From: the human T2T-CHM13v2.0 reference genome, Homo sapiens
Reading direction: 5' to 3' (one strand)
Assembly: GCF_009914755.1 (NCBI RefSeq)
Contig: NC_060926.1
DNA: 64,000 bases
The notes under the pieces are model-generated. The model was not told the origin of the DNA, searched no databases, and saw only the letters and a program-made list of their open reading frames with translations. Below, piece after piece: positions 25,432 to 39,873 of this stretch. Numbering within the stretch: the stretch's first letter is position 1; every line of letters begins with the position of its first letter. Position numbers and translations under genes: made by a program.

Positions 25432-26393
25432 GGAATAGGTGAGTTAGCCAGTTTTCAGTACAAACCAAAATACCAGTATATTACCATTTAAAAAAACTAA
25501 CGTTTTAAATAACCCGGAGAAGGGGGGAAAAAATAAATCTTAGTGTGTATTTTATTTGTTAATTCTATTTTTATGATTTCTATTAATTTGCTTTCTCAAA
25601 TCATAGTTGCAATTAAAAATAAAACCAGAAAAAAGGACCTTTTACAATGTAGAATTTTCCTTAACCATTTCAATGTTTTTATCCTACATATGTCACTTCG
25701 ATGATAAATTACGCAGCATATATTAAAATTTCTTGGTTTTCTTCAATATTCTTTGGCTTGACAGCTGATAGTAGCCATGACTATAAATGTGACTTTTCCA
25801 GTTATCTGATATAAACTTTATGGAGTAATTTTCTTCTATATAGTGGGCCAGCATTTGTTTAGAAGAATCAGTTAAAGGCCTACATTTGATGTATAAAATT
25901 GATCAAAACAATGTGACAGGTATCCACAAACTGGATTATTTTCTAGAAGATACCAGATATCAAACATCAGATATTTTAATAGTCTGCCAGTTAGGCCATT
26001 AGGAAATTTAAATTTTACTTAACACATACACTTGGTGTTTATTATACCCCCAAAACTAAGTGATTGGGTCTTTTTGAACTCTAAGAACTTTTATGATTTC
26101 AGTTTAAAAATAATTTTTTTTTCCTGTAGCTATTTCCCCTTAGATTTGCTTTCCTTCACTCTTGTATGTTGAGTATACTGAAGTATTAGTATAGCATGTT
26201 TCTCTGGTCCCTTGAGCCGAATGTGTATATATGCAGTATTATACACACATGCACACACTAGAGAGACAGAGAGAGAGAGAGAGATATCTTCCATTCTGTA
26301 CTTGTGCTTTGAAGGACTTAAGCTTATGCTGACTGGAAAAAGTAACTTTGATAATAATTCTCTGTTACTATTCTCTGTTACCCCCAAATCCAA

Positions 26394-26698
26394 ACCAGCC
26401 ATCTAATAAATACACAATGTTGGCCACATTTGTGATTTGAAATTTTCTAGAAGCCTCATTTAACAAAAGTAAAAAGAAATTGGCAAAATGTATTTTAATA
26501 ATATGCATTATTTTACCCAGTATATCCAAATATTATTTTAGTATGTAACCAATACATAATTTATTAATGGGACTTTTTATATTAAGTTCAAAATCTGATG
26601 TGTATTTTACACTTACAGTACCTCTCAATTTATGCTAGCCAGATTTCAAATGCCCACTAGTCTCGTGTAGCTAGTGGCTTTTGTGTTAGACACTGCAG
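26394..26698. mobile_element. MER33-like hAT element
   Basis: aattttctagaagcc...aaaagtaaaaagaaa...tgtgtattttacacttacag...gctagtggct. Confidence 0.75.
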
Positions 26699-28491
26699 GT
26701 TTAGAATACAATATGAGCAAATACATATATGCTCTCAAAGGTTTTGGCCAAATTGTTTTATTTAAGAAGTTTATGTCTATTGATTGAGTATATGCTGTCT
26801 TTTATAGAAGATTCCAATTGGTATCTGTTTCAAAAAACAGCAAACCCTAAATAGAGCTCTTTGTTTCAAGTTTGCTCAAATGTAAAATAGAAATATAATA
26901 GAAGCTATCCTGTTGGGTAGGATAGGATTGAATATGTTAACATATTGAATGTGAGGATTGAATATGTTAACATATGTAAAGCACTTAGAAGAGTACCTGG
27001 CATATTGTAAATATGCAATGAATGCTGTTTATTACTTCTTTCTCTCCTAATTCTTTGAAAGAAATACACGTATTCAATGTTAGTAAGAGGAATGGAAGCT
27101 TGCAGCCTTCATAGTACCTGAAAACACTAGAGTAATTGAAAACAAATGTTATGTGTAAGAATCTTTTTTGGACATGTTTGTGTTTGTGTGAACATTAACT
27201 TTTGTATCATTCTTTATCTAAAAATTAATATTGAATGCTTTAATGCAAACAAAATTTTATTGATACTGAATAATATATTTTAAAACAGTATTTATTGAAT
27301 ACTTTTATTGTATAAGACACTCTATTGAAAGCTTTTATGTGGAGCATTGCGTTCAATCCTTCCCATGACCCTAGTGCACAGTACTATTATTATCCTCATT
27401 TTAAAGATGTGGAAACTGAAGCTCAAAGATGCTTCGCCCACATTTCATAGAACCCACAAATTGTGGAGATAAACAGAAAACAACAACGACATTGGTTGAG
27501 TGCCACCTGTGCTTGTCACTGTGCTGAGCTCTTAATTCATATTAACCCATTTAATCCTTATAACAACTGTATGAGGTAAGTGCTGTATAAGGTAGGTATC
27601 ATAAATAATCCTTTCACACAGCTACCCTATGAGGTAGGTACTATTATTATTCCTATTTTCCTACAGATTAGGAAGGTAAGGCAGAGAGGTTAAACAGTGA
27701 GCTCAAAGTTACATAAATAGTATGTGGCACAGCTGGAATGCAGACCCAGGAAGTCTGGATCGACAGTCCACACTCATAACACTTTGCTGCATATTGGTCT
27801 AGTCCAGTGATAACAGATATTGAAGTTTCACCTAACAATAAGTGATCATTTAATCACAAATTACTTCTGACATTTCTTAGTAAATTATATCTTATGATTA
27901 ATAGTTTACATTAAGGAGTAAAAGAACATGTCTTAGCTTTTGTATCTTTGAAATGGGATAAAGATAGTCTTACCTCTATAATATTATGAAGCTCAAGTTA
28001 GGTAATAAATGGGAAATTCTTTTGAAAAAAGTGAAAGGAATAGGAATGTAAGATGTCAAATACAGAATTAGTGCCTATTTTGACTTCAAAGATTTATGTA
28101 CATATTTTGTGAGTGTCTTTATATAATAAAATGTTACTTTCTAATAAGTTTTAGAAGTCCAATGTGCTAGCCGTTGCACAACAGAGACTTTCTAGTAAGT
28201 TTTAGAAAGAATTTCGCTTCATGTATGTGAAGCCAGTTTTAAAAAGCTGGTGTTTTTTTTTTTTTTTTGTATGGCTTAATCTAGATATTATAAAAATTTG
28301 AATTTGTTTTTTAGAGTGTCTCAAACTGATGATCATTATTAGAATATTGCATGAACAAGTAATCTTACTTTGTCCTTTTTACTTCAAGTAAGAATAGCAT
28401 TTAAGGTAAAGTGAAGGAGAATGTTCTTGTTCCATTTAATATTTTTACTTTTTCTTACTCTTTGTTAATAAATACTTTTCTCTAAAAATGA

Positions 28492-28863
<372 letters not shown>

Positions 28864-30366
28864 AAAAGTCAGCATTTTTATAGGCCCCATTAATGCTGGG
28901 CCATGAACACTCACATTTCAGATTTGATGATAAATACTTAGCTGACCCTTGCATTTTCCTTTTAGCAAATGATGCTTTCTAGAAGGATGTATTAATTATT
29001 GGCTAATGCTAATATCCAAATGTAGTGTTTGGGAAAGGGCAGGAGAGAGGAATATCTGTCTTTCTTTTGAGGCTGCAGGTTGATTACTGCCTTAGAGACA
29101 AAACTTTGAGTGTGAAAATACAGCTGCTGTAAATTTGTCTTGTCATTTAAATGGCCATAGTAGACAGCTACCTGCAGAATTTTAGAGGAAATGATTTTGA
29201 ATTTTCAGTTTGATTGGATACATTTTGTTTTAAATGAGTTGTTCAGGGTTTTATGCCATTTTAAAGGATCAGTTTAAACCTGATGTAAATAGAAGTAGGA
29301 TGACATGAGTGGACATATTTTAATAAATAATATAATATTTTATGAAAAAGATTTAAAAATTGACAAAACTTTATTAAAGCCTCATAAAGTATAAAGTTTT
29401 AGGTTTTTAAAATTTGTACATTCCTCTCAATTTGATCATCCTCTGTCAGATGAGGCTTCTGAATTCACTTTCAGGATTAGATGAAGGAAAGGAAAGCTAA
29501 GGGATAAATAGAATTTAGTGAACATTTATGAGATATAGAGACTTGTAAAGTCCTTTTCAGTATTCCAGACAAGCAAAATGGAGGCTGCAGATGTTTCTTT
29601 GATATCACTGAGTTTAAATTCTTCAGACTGATTGTCTTACATTATTATAGTTTGTGTGTCAGAAATGTTAAAGCATTTTGCTGATTTATGCTCATAAGAC
29701 CTTGGATTATTTCAGTATATAAAATGTGATCTTTATCAAGATAATTGTGAACTTAAATTGCAAATAGAATTTAGCAGATTAAAAAACAAATCTCAATATT
29801 AGTTTCTCAACACTTAAATGGCATGGTGTATATACAACATTAAAATTAGGCAGTGTAGAATTTGTGGAAATGAAGTATATTCAAAATAGAATTAGGTGGC
29901 TATAGGAGTTGTTGTTTTTAGTAATTAGTGAAATAATGTAAAATGTTTTTAAAGGGTAATGGTTTACTGATATAAATACGTATTTAACTTAACGAAAATT
30001 CACACTCCTGTAGTTCTGAGAGATTGCAACTTAGAATATCAGCTGTGTACTTTTTTGTTTAAAAAGTAAATAGCAAGCAGGATTTTATAGTTTGTTGCTA
30101 TTAAACAGAACCATAAAGATACAGTAGTAAGATGGAAAAACAACAGCCTTTTTTTAAAACAGAAAAAGGCTAGAATTTTTCATTATTAGATATACAATAT
30201 CAACATAATCAATCTAGCAGCATTATATTTGAGCTGAAAATACACTTAAATTTGAGGCCATACACTACCCTGTGTGAGTGAAACATCTTTCATATAGTTC
30301 TAAGATGAAATTACCCTTGAATGAATAGCATCTTCATTTATCTTCAAACCCCTTCTGTGCTTTTAG

Positions 30367-30491
30367 TGAATCTATTCTTTGAACATTCTACAACAAGAAT
30401 TACATTATACTGTTATACCAGAGTACTTCTGCAGTGTGAAATAGATTGGTTTGGAAAATGAACCTGGCTTTGCTATAAATTACATTCACAG
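30367..30491 (+). other. Candidate 125-nt poison (PTC) cassette exon in intron 3
   Basis: ccccttctgtgcttttag|TGA... cag|gtacaa. The first codon in the exon 3 frame is TGA. Surrounding sequence is non-repetitive. Confidence 0.5.
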
Positions 30492-33400
30492 GTACAAAGG
30501 AATTTGTTATTTTGTTTAAAATAGTCACAAATATAATTAAGGTCTTAATTTATGTTAAACTACAAATATGGCTGTTATGGTAACTGGATTAGGAACTTAA
30601 TCTGTTGCGTCAAGAATGATACCTAACACTTTTCATTTATAACCTTAGATACCTTATTTCAATTACAGGGTCTGCAGCTGTTTGATATAAAAATGAATTA
30701 TTTTATAGATAGATTTGTTCATGGTTTTTAATTTTAAATTGTGCCTCTTCAGTAAGGTAGAAAATAATTCTTCAATTGTCACAAATTTTCCTTTGTGTCT
30801 GGTTGAAAAAGGATATGAATTAAAATTCACAATCATTTTTATTTTGTGTCCTGAAAATGGCATTGCATGCTTGCGAGTAGTCGTTAGTGAATTCTTACAT
30901 AAAATATTTCAAATTTAATTAGGAAATAAATAGAAGCTTTGTTCTAAAGAAGAAAAACCTGAGGTCTGCTGTCTAAGGATAGCTTTACCTGGTTGGACTG
31001 AAAATGGATTGCTACCTATCTAGAATTTGAATAACTTTGTTCATGTGACTTACATAAATTTAGAAGCTGTGTTTATAACGCCTTGAATCTCATGGTATTA
31101 ATCAGTGTAAAGCATCTAATCTTTAAAAACTTATTAAAGGCAATTCTTTAAAATTTTGAATTACTTTTATATTTTTATTGGCAAGCAATGCTGATTTTAT
31201 TGCTTAGGTGCAACTAAAGAGAGTGTGCTGTGTATCTAACTTGAAAGACAAATGTTCATTTTTGTCTTTGGAATAAAGAAGAGGAAAGAAGACAGTTGGT
31301 GCTGGTCATTGGCAAGTGTTTCAATATTGAGTTACTATTAGTTAATTAAAAAGAATATATGTTCCTTCCATCTACTAGTTCATCCTAAGAATTTTAATTT
31401 TTTTGTTATTATTTTTATCAGTTGGGAATTTTCTTGTAAGTAACAAAATTTTAAAGCATTCATTATAGGAGCTCAGAAAAAGAATATATATATTTTTTCG
31501 TTTTCTCCCCAACTGTTCATTGAGTGCTAACTATGTAACTGCTGTTGTGTTAGGTTATTGGGTTACAAGAATTGTTCTTTCTGTACTTTCGACTATTTTA
31601 TAACTCTTGCTTAATTTTGACCCTACAACTTTATGAAAGTTGTAAACAAGATAGACATGGTCTGTATGTACTAATGAAGCTTATATTCTTGGGAGGACAG
31701 GCTTTTATCCGTTCATTTATTGGTTTTATCAGTGCGTTATTTATATGTAATTATCACAGGGAAAGCTTATATCTTTCTCTATTCTAATTGTCTCTTTTGT
31801 TGCTTTCAGAAATAACCTGATTTTTTTCTATAGCTGTCAGATGTTGATGTATCTAAAATTGACTCAAATATTCCAGGAGTAGTTTCTAGGTGAGAGTTTC
31901 ATTAAGGAAGGTCAGTCTATGAAGTGATATGTCTTCAAATGTTCTCTCAAATAACATTTCATATTTTTTGGTAATAAATTCACTCTCTTTAAAGCTTTTT
32001 ATGCTTATTGAATTGTGGTTTCTGATTTCTACATAGATCATTATTATTATTTTTTATACTTTAAGTTCTAGGGTACATGTGCACAATGTGCAGGTTTGAT
32101 ACATAGGTACACATGTGCCATGTTGGTTTGCTGCACCCATCTACTCATCATTTACATTAGGTATTTCTCCTAATGCTATCCCTCCCCCAGCACCCCCACC
32201 CCCTGACAGGCCCCAGTGTGTGATGTTCCCTGCCCTGTGTCGAAGTGATCTCATTGTTCAATTCCCATCTATGAGTGAGAACATGTGTTTGGTTTTCTGT
32301 CCTTGTGATAGTTTGCTGAGAGTGATGGTTTCCAGCTTCATCCATGTCCCTACAAAGGACATGAATTCATCCTTTTTTATGGCTGCATAGTATTCCATGG
32401 TGTATATGTGCCACATTTTCTTAATCCAGTCTATCACTGATGGACATTTGGGTTGGTTCCAAGTCTTTACTATTGTGAATAGTGCTGCAATAAACATGTG
32501 TGCATTTGTCTTTATAGTAGCATGATTCATAATCCTTTGGGTATATACCCAGTAATGGGATTGCTGGCTCAAATGGTAATTCTAGTTCTAGATCCTTGAG
32601 GAATCGCCACACTGTCTTCCACAATGGTTGAGCTAATTTACACTCCCACCAACAGTGTAAAAGCATTCCTATTTCTCCACATCCTCTCCAGCATCTGTTT
32701 TTTCCTGACTTTTTAATGATTGCCATTCTAACTGGCATGAGATGATATCTCATTTTGGTTTTGATTTGCATTTCTTTGATGACCAGTGATGATGAGTATT
32801 TTTTTCACGTGTCTATTGGCTGCGTAGATGTCTTCTTTTGAGAAGTGTCTGTTCATATCCTTTGCTCACTTTTTGATGGGGTTGTTTTTTTCTTGTAAAT
32901 TTTTTTGAGTTCTTTGTAGATTCTGGATATTAGCCCTTTGTCGGATGGGTAGTTTGCAAAAATTTTCTCCCATTCTGTAGGTTGCCTGTTCACTCTGATG
33001 GTAGTTTCTTTTGCTGTGCAGAAGCTCTTTAGTTTAATTAGATCCCATTTGCCTATTTTGGCTTTTGTTGCCATTGTTTTTGGTGTTTTAGACATGAAGT
33101 CCTTGCCCATGCCTGTGTCCTGAATGGTATTGCCTAGGTTTTCTTCTAGATTTTTTATGGTTTTAGGTCTAACATTTAAGTCTTTAATGCATCTTGAATT
33201 AATTTCTGTATAAGGTGTAAGGAAGGGATCCAGTTTCAGCTTTCTACATATGGCTAGCCAGTTTTCCCAGCACCATTTATTAAATAGGGAATCCTTTTCA
33301 CATTTCTTGTTTTTGTCAGGTTTGTCAAAGATCAGATGGTTGTAGATGTGTGGTGTTATTTCTGAGGGCTCTGTTCTGTTCCATTGGTCTATATCTGTGT

Positions 33401-34607
33401 TTTGGTACCAGTACCATGCTGTTTTTGTTACTGTAGCCTTGTAGTGTAGTTTGAAGTCAGGTAGTGTGATGCCTCCAGCTTTGTTCTTTTTGCTTAGGAT
33501 TGTCTTGGCAATGCAGACTCTTTTTTGGTTCCATATGAACTTTAGTTTTTTCCAATTCTGTGAAAAAAGTCATTGGTAGCTTGATGGGGATGGCATTGAA
33601 TCTATAAATTACTTCAGGCAGTATGGCCATTTTCACGATATTGATTTTTCCTATCCATGAGCATGGAATGTTCTTCCATTTGTTTGTGTCCTCTTTTATT
33701 TCCTTGAGCAGTAGTTTGTAGTTCTCCTTGAAGAGTTCCTTCACATCCCTTGTAAGTTGGATTCCTAGGTATTTTATTCTCTGTGTAGCAATTGTGAATG
33801 GGAGTTCACTCATGATTTGGCTCTGTTTGTCTGTTAATGGTGTATAGGAATGCTTGTGATTTTTGCACATTGATTTTGTACCCTGACACTTTGCTGAAGT
33901 TGCTTATCAGCTTGAGATTTTGGGCTGAGACGATGGGGTTTTCTAAATATACAATCATATCATCTGCAAACAGGAACAGTTTGACTTCCTGATTTCTTAA
34001 TTGAATACCCTTCATTTCCTTCTCTTGCCTGATTGACCTGGCCAGAACTTCTAACACTGTGTTCAATAGGAGTGGTGAGAGAGGGCATCCTTGTCTTGTG
34101 CGGGTTTTCAAAGGGAGTGCTTCCCATTTTTGCCTATTCAGTATGATATTGGCTGTGGGTTTGTCATAAATAGCTCTTACTATTTTGAGATATGTTCCAT
34201 CAATACTTAGTTTATTGAGAGTTTTTAGCATGAAGCACTGTTGAATTTTGTCAAAGGCCTTTTCTGCATCTGTTGAGATAATCATGTGGTTTTTTTCATT
34301 GGTTCTGTTTATGTGATGGATTACCTTTATTGATTTGCGTATGTTGAACCAGCCTTGCATCCCAAGGATGAAGCCGACTTGATCATGATGGATAAGGTTT
34401 TTGATGTGCTGTTGCTGGATTCGGTTTGCTAATATTTTATTGAGGATTTTCGCATTGATGTTCATCAGTAATGTTGGTCTAAAATTCTCTTTTTTTGTTG
34501 TGTCTCTGCCAGGCTCTGGTATCAGGATGATGTTGGCCTCATAAAATCAGTTTGGGAGGATTCCCTGTTTGGAATAGTTTGAGAAGCAATGGTCCCAGCT
34601 CCTCTTT

Positions 34608-36071
34608 TTACCTCTGGTAGAATTTGTCTGTGAATCCATCTGGTCCTGGACGTTTTTTGGTTGGTACGCTATTAATTATTGCCTCAATTTCAGAGCCTGT
34701 TATTGGTCTATTCAGAGATTCAGCTTCTTCCTGGTTTAGTCTTGGGAGGGTGTATGTGTCCAGGAATGTATCCATTTCTTCTAGATTTTCTAGTTTATTT
34801 GCATAGAGGTGTTTATAGTATTCTCTGATGGTAGGTTGTATTTCTTTGGGATCGTTGGTGATATCCCCTTTGTCATTTTTTATTGTGTCTATTTGATTCT
34901 TCTCTCTTTTCTTCTTTATTAGTCTTGCTAGTGGTCTATCAATTTTGTTGATCTTTTTAAAAAACCAGTTCCTAGATTCATTGATATTTTGAAGGGTTTT
35001 TTGTGTCTGTATCTCTTTCAGATCCGCTCTGATCTTAGTTATTTCTTGCCTTCTGCTAGCTTTTGAATTTGTTTGCTCTTGCTTCTCTAGTTCTTTTAAT
35101 TGTGATGTTAGGGTGTCGATTTTAGAACTTTCCTGCTTTCTCTTGTCGGCATTTAGTGCTATAAATTTCCCTCTACACACTGCTTTAAATGTGTTCCAGA
35201 GATTCTGATATGTTGTGTCTTTGTTCTTATTGGTTTCAAAGAACATCTTTATTTCTGCCTTCATTTCGTTATTTACCCAGTAGTCATTCAGAAGCAGGTT
35301 GTTCAGTTTCCATGTAGCTGAGCAGTTCTGAGTGAGTTTCTTAATCCTGAGTTCTAATTTGATTGCACTGTGGTCTGAGAGACAGTTTGTTGTGATTTCA
35401 GTTCTTTTACATTTGCTCAGGAGTGCTTTACTTCCAATTATGTGGTCAATTTTAGAATAAGTGCAATGTGTTGCTGAGAAGAATGTATATTCTGTTGAAT
35501 TGGGGTGGAGAGTTCTGTAGGTGTCTATTAGGTCTGCTTGTTGCAGAGCTGAGTTCAGGTCCTGGATATCCTTGTTAACCTGCTGTCTTGTTGATCTGTC
35601 TGATATTGACAGTGGGGTGTTAAAGTATCCCATTATTATTGTGTGGGAGTCTAAGTCTCTTTGTAGGTCTCTAAGGACTTGCTTTATGAATCTGGGTGCT
35701 CTTGTATTGGGTGCATATATATTTAGGATAGTTAGCTCTTCTTGTTGAATTGATCCCTTTACCATTATGTAATGGCCTTCTTTGTCTCTTTTGATCTTTG
35801 TTGGTTTAAAGTCTGTTTTATCAGAGACCAGGATTGCAACCTCTGCTTTTTTTTTTTTTTTTTTTTGCCTTCCATTTGCTTGGTAGATCTTCCCCCATCC
35901 CTTTATTTTGAGCCTGTGTGCCTCTTTGCACATGAGATGCATCTCCTGAATACAGCACACTGATGGGTCTTGACTCTTTATCCAATTTGCCAGTCTGTGT
36001 CTTTTAATTGGGGCATTTAGCCCATTTACATTTAAGGTTAATATTGTTATATGTGAATTTGATCCTGTCAT
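34608..36071 (-). pseudogene. L1 ORF2 N-terminal 487 aa (APE-like endonuclease plus downstream region); the rest of ORF2 is frameshifted
   Basis: ORF track translation with canonical EN motifs (NVNG, IQE, SDH). Confidence 0.9.
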
Positions 36072-37731
36072 TATGATATTAGCTGGTTATTTTGCCTGTT
36101 AATTAATGCAGTTTCTTCGTAACATCGATGGTCTTTACAGTTTGGCCTGTTTTTGCCGTGGCTGGTACTGGTTGTTTTCTTTCCATGTTTAGTGCTTCCT
36201 TCAGGAGCTCTTGTAAGGCAGGCCTGGTGGTGACAAACTCTCTCAGCATTTGCTTGTCTGTAAAGGATTTTATTTCTCCTTCACTTATGAAGCTTAGTTT
36301 GGCTGGATATGAAATTCTGTGTTGAAAATTCTTTTCTTTAACAATGTTGAATATTGGCCCCCAGTCTCTTCTGGTTTGTAGGGTTTCTGCCGAGAGATCT
36401 GTTAGTCTGATGGGCCTCCCTTTGTGGGTAACTCGACCTTTCTCTCTGGCTGCCCTTAACATCTTTTCCTTCATTTCAAGTTGAATCTGACAATTATGTG
36501 TGTTGGGGTTGCTCTTGTTGAGGAGTATCTTTGTGGTGTTCTCTGTATTTCCTGAATTTGGATGTTGGCCTACCTTGCTAGGCTGGGAAAGTTCTAGTGG
36601 ATAATATCCTGAAGAGTGTTTTCCAGGTTGGTTCCATTCCCCATCACTTTCAGATACACCAATCCAATGTAGATTTGGTCTTTTCACATAGTCCTATATT
36701 TCTTGGAGGCTTTGTTTGTTCCTTTTGACTCTTTTTTCTCTAACCTTGTCTTCTCACTTTATTTCATTAATTTGATCTTCGATCACTGATACCCTTTCTT
36801 CCACTTGATTGAATCAGCTATTGAATCTTGTGCATGCGTCACGAAGTTCTCGTGCCATGGTTTTCAGCTCTGTCAGGTCATTTAAGGTCTTCTCTACACT
36901 GTTTATTCTAGTTAGCCATTCGTCTAACCTTTTTTCAAGGTTTTTAGCTTCCTTGCTATGGGTTTGAACATCCTCCTTTATCTTGCAGTAGTTTGTTATT
37001 ACCGACCTTCTGAAGCCTACTTCTGTCAACTTGTGAAAGTCATTCTCTGTCCAGCTTTGTTCCATTGCTGGCGAGGAGCTGCTATCCTTTGGAGGAGGAG
37101 AGGCACTCTGATTTAGAATTTTTAGCTTTTCTGCTCTGGTTTCTCCCCATCTTTGTGGTTTTGTCTACCTTTGGTCTTTGATGTTGGTGACCTACAAATG
37201 GGGTTTTGGTGTAGATGACCTTTTTATTGATGTTGATGGTATTCCTTTCTGTTTGTTAGTTTTCCTTCTAACAGCCAGGTCCCTCAGCTGCAGGTCTGTT
37301 GGAGTTTGCTGGAGGTCCACTCCAGACCCTGTTTGCCTGGGTATCACCAGTGGAGGCTGCAGAACGGCAAATATTACTGCCTGTTCCTTCCTCTGGAAGC
37401 TTCGTCCCAGAGGAGCACCGAACTATGTGAGGTGTCTTTCGGCCCTTACTGGGAGGTGTCTTCGAGTTAGGCTACACGGGGGTCAGGGATCCACTTGAAG
37501 AGGCATTGTGTCTGTTCTCAGAGCTCAAACGCTGTGGTGGGAGAACCACTGTTCTCTTCAGAGCTGTCAGACAGGGACATTGAAGTCTGCAGAAGTTGTC
37601 TGCTGTCTTTTATTCAGCTATGCCCTGCCCATGGAGGTGAAGCGTAGAGGCAGTAGGCCTTGTTGATCTGCAGTGGGCTCCGCCCAGTTTGAGCCTCCAG
37701 GTGGCTTTGTTTACCTACTCAAGCCTCAGCA

Positions 37732-37950
37732 ATGGAGGACACCCCTCCTCCAGCCAGGGGGCTGTCTCACAGATCCATCTCAGACTGCTGTGCTAGCAGT
37801 GAGCAAGGCTCTGTGGGCGTGGGAGCCACTGAGCCAGGCACGGGAGAGAATCACCTTGTCTGCCGGTTGCTAAGACCATGGGAAGAGCACAGTATTTGGG
37901 TGGAAGTGTCCCGTTTATCCAGGCAGTCTGTCATGGCTTCCTTTGGCTAA
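37732..37950 (+). CDS. L1 ORF0-like antisense ORF (72 aa), open
   Basis: MEDTPPPARGLSHRSISDCCASSEQGSVGVGATEPG... aligns by eye with primate ORF0 (MAGAPPPASLPPCSLISDCCAS...). ATG context GCAATGG. Located in the L1 5'UTR antisense strand. Confidence 0.75.
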   Translation: MEDTPPPARGLSHRSISDCCASSEQGSVGVGATEPGTGENHLVCRLLRPWEEHSIWVEVSRLSRQSVMASFG

Positions 37951-38607
37951 GAAAGGGATATCCCCTGACCCCTTGCGCTTCCTGGGTGAGGCAGTGCCCC
38001 ACCCTGCTTTTCCTAGCCCTCCATGGGCTGCACCCACTGCCCATCCAGTCCCAGTGAGATGAACTAGGTACCTCAGCTGGAAATGCAGAAATCACCCATC
38101 TTCTGCGTTGATCATGCTGGGAGCTGCAGACTGGAGCCATTCCTGTTCGGCCCTCTTGCAGTTGTGTGCAGATCATTATTAATAGTTTTTAAGTTGAATT
38201 CCTGTTACTGTTTTCTAAAGCAGTATCAACGTATTGATATTTGTAACTATTGATTTTTTAAAATATCTCTGAACTTAACAAGAGTTACATCTAACTTTTT
38301 AAAGCAGTGAGCTCTGAACCCATAAAATTACAAAATGCTAATTTTTGCTATAGTTTACTAGCTTTCTGTGAACTTAGGAATGTTTGCATTTATTTTTAGG
38401 AATATCTATGGCTTGTTCATTAAGCAAATGTTTATTGAGACTTTATTGTATGCCAAGGACTAAAGTAGTAAACAAGATAGACATTGTCTATGTATACTAA
38501 CGAACCATATATTCTTGGGGGATGGAGTCCTTCTGTCAGTTCATTTATCAGTTTTATCAGTGTGTATGACTCTAAAAATTATTCACAAACCTCTATATCA
38601 ATATTTA

Positions 38608-39023
<416 letters not shown>

Positions 39024-39514
39024 GTACTTTTGGTTATTTTCCTTTATTCTTTTAACATCTTTCTAGAAGTTTTTATTTCGGTACACAATCTTGGTATTTT
39101 GATTTTATAGAAGTAAATACAATTAAATTATAGTACATAATAATTATTTTAATTTTTCTCATAAGGAGACATTAAAAGGTAATAAAATAAATGAAGCCAG
39201 CTTTCTTTTGAAGTCACCAAGGTTAAGTGGTCTTTCTTCCTTTGCAGATGAACAAATGAGTATTTATTATTATGAATGTTGTTACTACTATTAATAATAA
39301 TACCTAATATTTTTTGAATTACTCTGTGTCAGATAGTGTATAAAATGTTTTACATATAGAACTTCAGTTAATCTGCCTGATTGTCTAATTTAGAAATGAG
39401 AAAGCTTCTGAGATAAAGGTACTTTTTCAAGCTAACACAGTTCCCAGGATTCTACCCAGAGAGCTCTCTCTCTGATCTTCTGCTCATTAACTTCTTATTG
39501 TTCTACACTGATTC

Positions 39515-39873
<359 letters not shown>

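Larger units (their letters stand above)
32047..38169 (-). mobile_element. Near full-length LINE-1, L1PA (approximately L1PA6/7-like), antisense to MTX2
   Basis: 3'UTR/A-tail at about 32047. ORF2 fragments 32258-36071 ([21 protein letters not shown]; RT ...LFADDMIVY). ORF1 fragments 36103-37065. 5'UTR to about 38160. TSD AGATCATTATTA at 32035-32046 and 38170-38181. Confidence 0.97.

Noticed and set aside
26924-26975. 30-bp-period repeat with 16-bp palindrome AATATGTTAACATATT
   Set aside because: Small slippage duplication inside a MIR-like remnant; no sign of function.
32047-38169. Active retrotransposon or novel reverse-transcriptase system
   Set aside because: Ordinary L1PA with frameshifted ORF1 and RT; not retrotransposition-competent.
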